Shown here one piece after another: positions 9,427-18,089 of a stretch of 64,000 nt of DNA. The number at the start of each line of letters is the position of its first letter. The first letter of the stretch is position 1. The notes under the pieces were generated by a model that did not search any database, had not been told where the DNA came from, and saw nothing but the letters and a program-made list of their open reading frames with translations. Source of the stretch: an uncultured Phycisphaeraceae bacterium (GTDB lineage Bacteria > Planctomycetota > Phycisphaerae > Phycisphaerales > UBA1924). The stretch spans positions 24,175 to 88,174 of the forward strand of contig CAYQRD010000005.1 in the NCBI GenBank assembly GCA_964419845.1, written 5' to 3'. A program made the translations under genes and the position numbers.

Positions 9427-9957
9427 ATGGATCTCATGCACTTCAAAAAAAAGAACAGCGTCCCCGTATCACGGAAGGCATCGTTCGCCTCGCCTGTTTC
9501 TGATTTCAGGTCGGAGATGGAACGCCTGTTTGATCGGTTCTTCCAGGACTCGATACTCGACACGAGAGAATGGGCGGATGAGTTTGAGAAGCCGCTTGGC
9601 GACTTCATCCCCAATGTTGATCTCTCCGAGAACAACGACAAGATCATCATTCGTGCTGAAGCACCCGGGATATCCCCGGATGATATCGATATCAGCATCT
9701 CGGGGAATGTGCTGACGATCCGCGGCGAGAAGAAAGAGTCGAAAAGGGAAGAACGGGAAAACTTCTACCACTGCGAGCGGAGGTTCGGCTCGTTCACACG
9801 CAGCATCGAACTCCCGTCCACGGCGGATCTCGATTCGATCAACGCGAGTCAGGACGACGGGGTGCTCACCATTGAGGTGCAGAAACTCCCCACCGCACAG
9901 CCGAAAAAAATTGATGTCAAGATACCCAAGCGATCGCTCTCGGGCAGCAACGCATGA
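9427..9957 (+). CDS. Small heat shock protein, Hsp20/alpha-crystallin family
   Basis: Alpha-crystallin domain: PNVDLSENNDKIIIRAEAPGISPDDIDISISGNVLTIRGEKK...ERRFGSFTRSIELP...DGVLTIEVQK. The start was set at ATG 9427, behind AAGGAGGA. Confidence 0.93.
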   Translation: MDLMHFKKKNSVPVSRKASFASPVSDFRSEMERLFDRFFQDSILDTREWADEFEKPLGDFIPNVDLSENNDKIIIRAEAPGISPDDIDISISGNVLTIRGEKKESKREERENFYHCERRFGSFTRSIELPSTADLDSINASQDDGVLTIEVQKLPTAQPKKIDVKIPKRSLSGSNA

Positions 9958-9981
9958 GCTTGATGATGAATGTGGAGGGAG

Positions 9982-10019
9982 TGTCCGGGTTGCTTGAATG
10001 TGCGGCCCGGACATTTTTT
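9982..10019 (+). terminator. Rho-independent terminator after hsp20
   Basis: TGTCCGGG (9982-9989) pairs with CCCGGACA (10006-10013), followed by TTTTTT (10014-10019). Confidence 0.7.
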
Positions 10020-10076
10020 GTTGATTACGCTGAGTGATCGGCGCAAACTGTTTGAAACGAGAACACAGACAACCGG

Positions 10077-11072
10077 ATGTTCGGAGCTGGTATGCCGCAT
10101 CAGAAAAAGTTGAAGGATCCGTGGCTGATCGCCGCATGGCCCGGGATGGGCCATGTCGCCGTCGGTGCCGTGGCCTATCTCATCGATCAGCTCGGCGCAA
10201 CGATTACTGAGGAGTTGCCGGCTGATGCGTATTTCCGGCCTCATCATGTTGATGTCGATCAGGGGATCGCCTCGCCCGCCCGGCTCCCACGGAACCTGCT
10301 CTTCGAATGCAGCGGTACAGATTGGGAACACGATCTTCTCATCTTCCTCGGCGAAGCCCAGCCGGAGTCAGACGGCGTCACACTCTGCAATCACATCCTC
10401 GATCGTGCCGGGCAACGCGGCGTGACCAGGGTGATGACCTTCGCTGCACTCGCCACGCAGCTCCATCCTGCCGCCCAGCCCCAGGTCTTCGCGGCGGCCA
10501 CAAAGCAGAACATCCTCGATGAGCTGACCGAGCATGGTACCGGAATCCTCGGCAGCGGTCAGATCGGCGGGCTCAACGGCCTGATGCTCGCAGCCTGCGC
10601 GCAGCGTGATCTCCCGGCGGGATGTCTGCTCGGCGAACTGCCGTTCTTTGCATCGGGCATCAAAAACCCCAAGGCCTCCAAAGCTGTGCTCCAGGTCTTT
10701 GCCGATCTCTGCGGCTGCAGCATTGACTACAGCGCCATCGATCAGGAATGTGCGGAAATCGATCCAATCCTGCACGAGGTTCTCGAGAAACTCAAGAACG
10801 ATCACGATCCGGAGCCGCAAGATCAGGGTGATGAGATATTCAATCCCGCGTTCACGGCCGAAATGGGCCACACGGCTCAGCAGTCCGGTCAATCAGACGA
10901 CGCCCCCCACTCAAGGCTCACACAGGCGGACCGCAGGAGAATCGAGGAACTCTTCGATCAGGCGATGAAGAGCAAAGAGGAAGCGTTCAAGCTCAAGCAG
11001 GAACTCGATAGACTGGAGGTCTTCGATCAATACCAAGACCGCTTCCTCGATCTCTTCAAACGAGCAGATTGA
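10077..11072 (+). CDS. PAC2 (proteasome assembly chaperone 2)-like family protein with a C-terminal coiled-coil extension
   Basis: The N-terminal LKDPWLIAAWPGMGHVAVGAVAYLIDQLGA and the layout LLIFLGEAQP...GVTRVMTFAAL match my memory of bacterial PAC2-family proteins. The C-terminal ~80 aa are charged and helical. ATG 10092 (GGAG upstream) is an alternative start. Confidence 0.6.
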   Translation: MFGAGMPHQKKLKDPWLIAAWPGMGHVAVGAVAYLIDQLGATITEELPADAYFRPHHVDVDQGIASPARLPRNLLFECSGTDWEHDLLIFLGEAQPESDGVTLCNHILDRAGQRGVTRVMTFAALATQLHPAAQPQVFAAATKQNILDELTEHGTGILGSGQIGGLNGLMLAACAQRDLPAGCLLGELPFFASGIKNPKASKAVLQVFADLCGCSIDYSAIDQECAEIDPILHEVLEKLKNDHDPEPQDQGDEIFNPAFTAEMGHTAQQSGQSDDAPHSRLTQADRRRIEELFDQAMKSKEEAFKLKQELDRLEVFDQYQDRFLDLFKRAD

Positions 11073-11138
11073 CCGGATGCGTCATGACACCGCTTGCACA
11101 ATCAGGCCGACACACGGGCGATCTCTTCAGATTCGCAT

Positions 11139-12440
11139 CTACACCGATGCGTGCGTGACACGAGCTGCGGACCGGCTTATCGCTTGAGCCGCCGCCAAAT
11201 CGAACGAGTCTAGGTACCGCTCGGCAACATGACTCCAGACCATCCTGCGCCCGAAGCAATGCGCACGACGCTGCATGCCTCGGAGTTCATCCGGGTTATC
11301 CAAGAGTCGGCAAACCGCGTTCGCGATCGCCTGCGGCTTCCCGGGCTCCACAAGGACTCCACGCCGACCGGCCAGCAGCTCCTGGGCATGCCAGAACGGC
11401 GTTGATACGACCGCGTTCCCGCACCCGAGCGCGTATGCCAGTGTCCCCGAGCAGATCTGTTCAGCCTTGGGATGCAGTGTGAGGCATATATCCGCCGCGA
11501 GGAGCAGTGTCTCAAGTTCTTCCTGGCTGATGTACTGATTATAGAAAAATATATTGGGAGTGACATTCAGATCCCGCGCAGTCTGAATCAGACTCTCACG
11601 GTATCGTTCACCCTCGCTCCGAATCAGATTGGGGTGCGTCGCCCCGGCGATCATGTAGATCACATCAGGATGTGAACGGAGGATCATCGGCAGCGCCCTG
11701 ATCGCGTGCTCGATCCCCTTCCCGGGGCCGAGCAGCCCGAATGTCAGGAGCAGTTTTCGATTGCACAATCCATTCGACTCGCTGTGTTCGCGCTTTTCTT
11801 TGTAGGAAACATCCGGTATTCCGTGATGAATCATGTCGATGCGATCGCGTTCGATGCCGTACACCTGCCCAAGAAATCCTGCGCCGTGCTCGCTCATCAC
11901 AACGAAGCGTTCGCACAGCTGTCGCAGGCGATCCATCACATAACGCTGGTCCCGATCGGGTTCCCTGAGCACCGTGTGCATCGTCGCAACCACCGGCATT
12001 TCCAAGTGCTCGAGCAAATCAAGCACATGACTCCCGGCGGGCCCTCCGAAGATGTCGAACCCGTGCTGGAGCGAAACGACTTCGGGAGCATCGCGATTGA
12101 TCCGAGCCGCGGTCCGACGGTAATCGTCGGCATCCATCGTTCGTACCTGATGCCGCACGCGCGCGGGGTAACAATGACCGTTCACGGTGTCGCTCATGGC
12201 CGTGACCGAAACATCAACTCCCCGCCCTGTTTCTGAGATCGCGTCAACGAGGTGTGTCGTGAATGCCGCGATCCCGCAACGGCACGGAACATGGGTCCCG
12301 ATGACAGAAATACGACGAACCCCATCCCGGATGATCGGTCGAGTCGCAATCGCGGTACTCGCCTCCGCCTGGACAGTACTGTCCCGCCACACACGCGAAC
12401 TCAGACCTGATCGCTTATGATGCTCAGAAGTTGTGATCAT
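11139..12440 (-). CDS. Glycosyltransferase, GT4 (group 1) family
   Basis: 433 aa with a GT-B C-terminal half: LLLTFGLLGPGKGIEHAIRAL...MIAGATHP...CLTLHPKAEQICSGTLAYALGCGNAVVSTP (E-x7-E-like region). Confidence 0.85.
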   Translation of the reverse strand: MITTSEHHKRSGLSSRVWRDSTVQAEASTAIATRPIIRDGVRRISVIGTHVPCRCGIAAFTTHLVDAISETGRGVDVSVTAMSDTVNGHCYPARVRHQVRTMDADDYRRTAARINRDAPEVVSLQHGFDIFGGPAGSHVLDLLEHLEMPVVATMHTVLREPDRDQRYVMDRLRQLCERFVVMSEHGAGFLGQVYGIERDRIDMIHHGIPDVSYKEKREHSESNGLCNRKLLLTFGLLGPGKGIEHAIRALPMILRSHPDVIYMIAGATHPNLIRSEGERYRESLIQTARDLNVTPNIFFYNQYISQEELETLLLAADICLTLHPKAEQICSGTLAYALGCGNAVVSTPFWHAQELLAGRRGVLVEPGKPQAIANAVCRLLDNPDELRGMQRRAHCFGRRMVWSHVAERYLDSFDLAAAQAISRSAARVTHASV

Positions 12441-12637
12441 ACCAATACCCTATGTTGGAGATTGTGCTACACATATCACCACGACTCAACACCAACAGAG
12501 TTTCGAAGTACCCACCCGGCGATGCTGTGTCATCATGCTTTCCCGACTATCGAGTATCCTCGCTCGATGGGTCTTGGGATACAGGGAAATAGCCCCGATA
12601 CGAATGACAGCCCCATCCGACGCGTACGACACACCCG

Positions 12638-12922
12638 CTATTCGCTGATGTGCAGTGCATCCCCCGGCGGGATTCCATGACGATTGAGCCAATCGAGCAA
12701 TCGGCTGATCCGCCCCGTCGCAAGGCAGATCGAGGTATCCGCTGTTCCGTAGTAGAGATTGATGGTGTCCCCGTCTTCGTCGATCGTGTAGCCACACGGG
12801 AAAACGACATTGTCCACATCCCCGTGCCGCTCTGCGGGTTCCAGCGGCCCGAAAATCCAGCTATCCCCGCGGAGCAGGCACTTCTCAGGATGCGCCGAAT
12901 CGAAGCGTCCTCCCCAGGCGAG
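12638..12922 (-). pseudogene. C-terminal remnant (94 codons) of a GH130 glycoside phosphorylase/hydrolase, with no start codon
   Basis: Manual translation: LAWGGRFDSAHPEKCLLRGDSWIFGPLEPAERHGDVDNVVFPCGYTIDEDGDTINLYYGTADTSICLATGRISRLLDWLNRHGIPPGDALHISE*. The GDV.NVVFPCG...YYG.ADT block is the conserved GH130 C-terminus. The first ~230 residues of a normal GH130 are absent. The fragment is in frame with, and directly follows, the TAA of the upstream ORF. Confidence 0.7.
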
Positions 12923-13666
12923 TTACCGATCGCGGGGCTTGATCACCAGCACATTCGAGTCATATGTAATCACCCCGAGCATAATCGAGGGGACCAGGCG
13001 GTTCATCGAAACACTGTAGTGCTGCCCATCAAAGCCAGGATTATCCGCCAACGGGTCCGCGACCCGAACGCACCGGGTTTCAGAATCGTACCCGTGCAAC
13101 ACCACGAAATGCCCGCACGGCTCGCCGCGGAGATCGTCGTAGTCATCGTTGGGACCGAACTCTCGTGGGCAGCGGTACAGATAGGTCGAGCTCAGCCCCA
13201 CCAGAACCGGGGTCTCATCCAGCAGGTAGTCACTCAGAAGCTGGCTTGTCAGGTCCTGAAGACAGATCCGCCCTCCCAGGCTCAGGAACTCGATGTATGA
13301 CGCCGTGCCAACCGGGAATCTCGGATCAACAACGCTCTTGGCAGACGCCTGCAGCCTGAGCTTCTCGATCAAACTGTGTGAATTCGATCTGCCGTCCTCA
13401 TCAAACCAGGTCGGGTCGAAGTGATGCAGGTTGAAGGTATACAGGGTGGCCGAGTACCCCCGCTGCTGTGCGTGCGAGCCGAGCATCGCCGCCAGCGTGC
13501 CCCGCCCGACCCCTTCGGTTTCCAATGACTTGCATGACTCGATCACCTCGCTGAGGCTGATCGAGTCGCCCCAGTACTGATAGACCGAATGCAGGCTCGT
13601 TGGCCCGCAGGTGACATCGTTGGGCTGGGGATGAATTTGGATCGGAAGATCAACTTTACGGCGCAT
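12923..13666 (-). CDS. Papain-like cysteine peptidase, C39-like domain protein (cytoplasmic, no signal peptide)
   Basis: QPNDVTCGPTSLHSVYQYWG (Gln/Cys), CGHFVVLHGYD (His) and VRVADP (Asp) are spaced as in C39-like peptidases. The start was set at ATG 13666 (GAGG upstream). The ORF-track GTG at 13711 is also possible. Confidence 0.75.
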   Translation of the reverse strand: MRRKVDLPIQIHPQPNDVTCGPTSLHSVYQYWGDSISLSEVIESCKSLETEGVGRGTLAAMLGSHAQQRGYSATLYTFNLHHFDPTWFDEDGRSNSHSLIEKLRLQASAKSVVDPRFPVGTASYIEFLSLGGRICLQDLTSQLLSDYLLDETPVLVGLSSTYLYRCPREFGPNDDYDDLRGEPCGHFVVLHGYDSETRCVRVADPLADNPGFDGQHYSVSMNRLVPSIMLGVITYDSNVLVIKPRDR

Positions 13667-13852
13667 CACTGCCTCACTTTGCTCCAGCGGTTGACCGGAC
13701 CACAGGCACACAGTTCTCTCTCATACTCGTTATACGGAACATCTGCTTATGTCGAGGTGGATACTCATGCGATTCACAATCAGATGCGCTTCACTCCAAG
13801 CAGCGAGTACCGATCCTAAGTGTCGCTCTGAATCCCATTCCCCAAAACGGCC

Positions 13853-13882
13853 GAAACGGCGTCATATCAAGGACGCCGTTTC
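13853..13882 (-). terminator. Hairpin terminator downstream of tRNA-Ser
   Basis: Perfect 11-bp stem GAAACGGCGTC/GACGCCGTTTC with an 8-nt loop. On the minus strand it is followed by GGCCGTTTTGGGG. Confidence 0.55.
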
Positions 13883-13900
13883 GTATACCTTTGAAACTAA

Positions 13901-13987
13901 CGGAGCAGGGGGGATTCGAACCCCCGTCGACCCGAAAGCCGAACCGGATTTCGAATCCGGCGCATTCAACCGCTCTGCCACCGCTCC
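13901..13987 (-). tRNA. tRNA-Ser (anticodon CGA)
   Basis: Hand-folded cloverleaf. Acceptor GGAGCGG/CTGCTCC (one G-U pair). D arm GCA-GAGCGGTTGAA-TGC. Anticodon stem CCGGA/TCCGG with loop TTCGAAA (anticodon CGA). Long variable arm. T arm GGGGG-TTCGAAT-CCCCC. Discriminator G. No encoded CCA. Confidence 0.93.
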
Positions 13988-14046
13988 AGGTGCGCTGCAA
14001 CTATAAGCCCTCATCGGGAAAAAGTCATCCCCGATCAAGCCATGGA

Positions 14047-15012
14047 TCACCAGCCCAGCAGATAACCGAAGATCAGCGGGGCCACGATGGTCGCGTCGGA
14101 CTCGACCACGAAGCTCGGCGTGTCGACCGCCAGCTTCTCCCAGGTGATCTTTTCATTGGGCACGGCCCCCGAATACGACCCATAACTCGTGGTAGAGTCG
14201 CTGATCTGACAGAAGTAGCCCCAAAGCGGGATATCGAGTTCCATGTCCTGTCGCATCATCGGCACCGCACAGATGGGGAAATCGCCAGCGATTCCCCCGC
14301 CGATCTGGAAGAACCCGATGCTCGACTTCGCGGAGGTCTCGGTGTACCAGCCCGTGAACTCCATCATGTATTCGATCCCCGACTTGACCGCGGAAGCCGT
14401 CTTGACATTCCCGCTGAGCACCTCCGCCGCGAAAATGTTACCGCTCGTCGAATCTTCCCATCCCGGGACCACCATGGGCAGATTCTTCTCGGCCGCGGCA
14501 AGCAACCAGGAGTTTTTCGGGTCGGCCTGATACTCATCCTCAAGCAGGCCCTCGTTGAGTATCTCATAGAGGTACTCGTGGGGGAACTTGTGATCACCCG
14601 ATTCCGCGGCCTGCTTCCACTTGCCGATGAGGATGTGCCCGAGTTTCCGGAATGCCTCGTGCTCAGGGATACAGGTATCCGTGACACGGTTGAGGTGCCG
14701 CTCAAGCAGGGCCTGCTCGTCCGCCGGGGTCAGGTCCCGATACTTGGGGATCCGCTCGTAATGATCGTGGGCGATGAGGTTGTAGACATCCTCCTCCAGA
14801 TTCGCGCCGGTACACGAGATCGCATGGACCTTGCCCTGCCGGATCATCTCCGCCAGCGACCTGCCCAGTTCAGCGGTACTCATGGCACCCGCCATAGCCA
14901 GAAGCATTGAGCCCCCGTTGCTCAGGTGGGACTCGTATCCCTTCGCCGCGTCAAGGGTTGCGGCGGCGTTAAAGTGGCGAAAATGCTCGTCCATGAAGGC
15001 ACGGATCGTCAT
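14047..15012 (-). CDS. Deoxyhypusine synthase-like protein (possible homospermidine synthase)
   Basis: 321 aa. FRHFNAAATLDAAKGYESHL, MLLAMAGAMSTAELG and HAISCTGANLEEDVYNL match the DHS family fold. Divergent from speA. Confidence 0.85.
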   Translation of the reverse strand: MTIRAFMDEHFRHFNAAATLDAAKGYESHLSNGGSMLLAMAGAMSTAELGRSLAEMIRQGKVHAISCTGANLEEDVYNLIAHDHYERIPKYRDLTPADEQALLERHLNRVTDTCIPEHEAFRKLGHILIGKWKQAAESGDHKFPHEYLYEILNEGLLEDEYQADPKNSWLLAAAEKNLPMVVPGWEDSTSGNIFAAEVLSGNVKTASAVKSGIEYMMEFTGWYTETSAKSSIGFFQIGGGIAGDFPICAVPMMRQDMELDIPLWGYFCQISDSTTSYGSYSGAVPNEKITWEKLAVDTPSFVVESDATIVAPLIFGYLLGW

Positions 15013-15128
15013 ATTGGGTCTCCGATCGCTTGGTCCCAGAGGTCTGCCGACCCTGATGGGCCCGGCGAATCAGAGAAAATCATACGCCCGCACCCGAAGC
15101 TGATTCGGCGAGCGCGATACAATTCAGA

Positions 15129-17126
15129 ATGACGAGAACCCCCACCGCATCGCCCAAATCCAATCCACCCAAGCATGTCACCCCGGCTATACCCCGGGCT
15201 TGGAATGTGAGTGACGCGGAAGAGTACTACCGCGCTGATCGCTGGGGTCAAGGCTATTTCAAGATCGCCGAGGACGGGCATCTCCACGCTCACCCAACCG
15301 GGATCAACGGGACAAAAGTGGATCTGCACGAGATCGTGACCGGGCTGAGCGAGCGTGGGATTCATACACCCGTGCTGCTGCGATTTTCAGACATCCTCGA
15401 TCATCGCCTCACGACGCTGCGTGATGCCTTCGCACGGGCCATCGATGAGAATAACTACAAGGGCAGCTATCTCGCAGCGTACCCCATCAAGGTGAACCAA
15501 CAGCACCAGGTGGTCGAGGAAGTCGCCTACTTCGGACACAAGCTTGGCTACGGGTTGGAAGTCGGTTCAAAGCCCGAACTGCTGGCCGTCATGGCCATGA
15601 CCACAAAGACACCCGATCAGCTCATCATCTGCAACGGCTTCAAGGACGCCAAGTACATCGAAGCCGTGATCCTGGCCCACAAGCTCGGTCGCAAGATCAT
15701 CCCGGTTGTCGAGAACATCAAGGAACTGCGACTGATCATCGACTTCGCAGAAAAGCACGGCGTGCGCCCCCGCATCGGCGTGCGCGTGAAGCTCGCCTCA
15801 TCGGGCTCAGGCCGCTGGGGCACCTCCGCAGGCATCAAGAGCAAGTTCGGACTGACCATCGCCGAGTTGCTCCAGGCTGTGGGCACGCTCAAACGCCATG
15901 ACATGCTCGATTGCCTAGAGCTGCTCCACTGCCACTCGGGCAGTCAGCACCAGGATATCAGCACCATCAAAAAAGCGATCACCGAGCTGGCGCATGTCTT
16001 TGTGCAGCTGCGTTCCGCCGGCGCGACGCTCAACTACCTCGACATCGGTGGCGGCCTGGGCGTGGACTATCAGGGCTCGGTCTCTGACCGTGCCTCATCG
16101 ATGAACTACACCCTTGAGGAGTACGCGTCCGATGTCGTGTATCGCATCGGTTCAGTCTGCGACGCGAACAAGATCGAGCATCCCACAATCGTCACCGAAT
16201 GCGGACGCGCCATGGTCGCATACTCCTCGGTCCTTATATTCAATGTGCTTGGTTCAACAGGACCCAGCGACCTGGTCGACGAGGACATTGTCGTGCCCGC
16301 CGACGACCCCGATGCCCCTCAGCCGCTTCGGGATCTGCGCAACGCGCTCAACGCCCTGCGTGATCAGAAACCACGACTGGTCGAGATCTATCACGACACA
16401 ACCCGGGCTCGCGAAGAGGGCATGTCGCTCTTCACGCTGGGCTATCTGACGCTTGAAGAGCGAGCCGAGACCGAGCGGCTCTTCTGGACGATCTGCGCCA
16501 TGCTCCTGAGAGAATGCAAACAGTTCGATGACATCCCCGAGCCGCTCGTCGAGCTCGAAGACCTGATGAGTGAGACCTACTTCGCCAACTTCTCGCTCTT
16601 CCAGTCACTCCCCGATGCCTGGGCGATCGACCAGCTCTTCCCGATAATGCCGATTCATCGCCTTGATGAGGAGCCCACGAAGCGTGCGGTGCTCGCGGAC
16701 ATCACCTGTGATTCGGACGGCAAAGTGGATCTGTTCATCTCCGAGTTTGGCAAGCCCGAGAACACGCTTCCAGTACACGAGATCCGCAGCAGCGAACCGT
16801 ACTACTTCGGCGTGTTCCTTGTGGGCGCGTATCAGGAAACTCTAGGCGATCTGCACAACCTCTTCGGCGATCCCCACGCCGTACACATCGAGATTGATGG
16901 CGACGACTGGTCGATCGCTGAGATCGTCAAGGGCGACTCGATCTCCGAGGTGCTCTCTTATGTGCAGTTTGAACCGGAGAAACTCGCGCGGGCACTGGAG
17001 CGTGAGTGCGAGCGTGCCGTGAAACGCAAAGATATGAGTGTGCGTGAATCCCTCATCCTCACACAGTTCTATGAGAATGGACTCAGCGGCTACACCTACC
17101 TCGATCCCGAGGATCATCTGACCTGA
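15129..17126 (+). CDS. speA: Biosynthetic arginine decarboxylase
   Basis: 665 aa. N-terminal WNVSDAEEYYRADRWGQGYFKIAEDGHL, the PLP region AAYPIKVNQQHQVVEEV, and CDSDGKVD near the C-terminus are typical of SpeA. Confidence 0.95.
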   Translation: MTRTPTASPKSNPPKHVTPAIPRAWNVSDAEEYYRADRWGQGYFKIAEDGHLHAHPTGINGTKVDLHEIVTGLSERGIHTPVLLRFSDILDHRLTTLRDAFARAIDENNYKGSYLAAYPIKVNQQHQVVEEVAYFGHKLGYGLEVGSKPELLAVMAMTTKTPDQLIICNGFKDAKYIEAVILAHKLGRKIIPVVENIKELRLIIDFAEKHGVRPRIGVRVKLASSGSGRWGTSAGIKSKFGLTIAELLQAVGTLKRHDMLDCLELLHCHSGSQHQDISTIKKAITELAHVFVQLRSAGATLNYLDIGGGLGVDYQGSVSDRASSMNYTLEEYASDVVYRIGSVCDANKIEHPTIVTECGRAMVAYSSVLIFNVLGSTGPSDLVDEDIVVPADDPDAPQPLRDLRNALNALRDQKPRLVEIYHDTTRAREEGMSLFTLGYLTLEERAETERLFWTICAMLLRECKQFDDIPEPLVELEDLMSETYFANFSLFQSLPDAWAIDQLFPIMPIHRLDEEPTKRAVLADITCDSDGKVDLFISEFGKPENTLPVHEIRSSEPYYFGVFLVGAYQETLGDLHNLFGDPHAVHIEIDGDDWSIAEIVKGDSISEVLSYVQFEPEKLARALERECERAVKRKDMSVRESLILTQFYENGLSGYTYLDPEDHLT

Positions 17127-17168
17127 GTTCGTATACTCAACTCGACAACCGACACCCACGAGATCAGC

Positions 17169-18035
17169 ATGCCAGGATTTCTCGATATCCCCAATGAGTT
17201 CACGGGGCCAAACTCGAAAGTACAGATCATCCCGGTCCCGTATGACGCCACATCAACCTATCGCAAAGGCGCTGACTGTGGACCGCAGGCAATCATCGAC
17301 GCCTCCGCGCAGGTCGAGTGGTACGACATACAGACCGACGCCGAACACTACCAGCAGGGCATCTGCACTCAGGAACCCGTCCTGTGCGATGCGCATGATC
17401 CGATCGAACTCGCCCCGCTGGTCCGTGATCGCGTGTGCACGGCACTGCGCAACGGCCAGCTCCCGGTCGTGCTCGGCGGTGAGCATTCCGTGACGATCGG
17501 TGCCGTTGAGGCCGCGGCGGAGTGCTGCGGCCCGATCTCCGTCCTGCAGATCGACGCCCACGGCGACACCCGCGATTCGTACCACGGCTCAACCCATAAC
17601 CACGCCTGCGTGATGGCCCGGGCCCGTGAACACGCCACCATCGTTCAGGTCGGGATTCGTGCGATTGACGCCGAGGAACTCGCCGGGATGGACCGCGATC
17701 GGGTCTACTTCGGGCATCAGGTCGACCTGTGGACTCGCACCCACGACCTGAGCTGGATGGACCGCGTCATCGATCAACTCGATGATCGGGTCTACCTCAC
17801 CATCGATCTCGACGCGTTCGACCCGGCCATCCTCCCCTCCACCGGCACGCCCGAGCCCGGAGGGATGGACTGGGGAACGGTCAACGAACTGGTCCGCCGT
17901 GTCGCACGGGCCCGAACCATCATCGGGTTCGATGTTGTTGAGCTGTGCCCCAGCGAGCATCACCACGCGTCCGATTTCATCGCGGCCAAGCTGGTCTATC
18001 GTGTGATGAGCGAGATCCTCACGGCCACGAAATAA
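17169..18035 (+). CDS. speB: Agmatinase (ureohydrolase family)
   Basis: 288 aa with arginase-family Mn-binding motifs GGEHSVT, QIDAHGD, TIDLDAFDP and GFDVVEL. Lies 42 nt after speA. Confidence 0.93.
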   Translation: MPGFLDIPNEFTGPNSKVQIIPVPYDATSTYRKGADCGPQAIIDASAQVEWYDIQTDAEHYQQGICTQEPVLCDAHDPIELAPLVRDRVCTALRNGQLPVVLGGEHSVTIGAVEAAAECCGPISVLQIDAHGDTRDSYHGSTHNHACVMARAREHATIVQVGIRAIDAEELAGMDRDRVYFGHQVDLWTRTHDLSWMDRVIDQLDDRVYLTIDLDAFDPAILPSTGTPEPGGMDWGTVNELVRRVARARTIIGFDVVELCPSEHHHASDFIAAKLVYRVMSEILTATK

Positions 18036-18089
18036 GCCCCAGGCACCGGATTCTCACCCCCGCTCCGTCCATTGCCCGATGCATGGTGA

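Noticed and set aside
12441-13900. Prophage or integrative-element remnant at tRNA-Ser
   Set aside because: No integrase, excisionase, phage gene or att-like duplication of the tRNA end was found. Only the GH130 truncation supports a rearrangement.
13749-14006. 85-aa plus-strand ORF (and minus-strand ORFs at 13791-14050)
   Set aside because: They overlap the tRNA-Ser gene and its terminator. The translations simply reflect the tRNA sequence.
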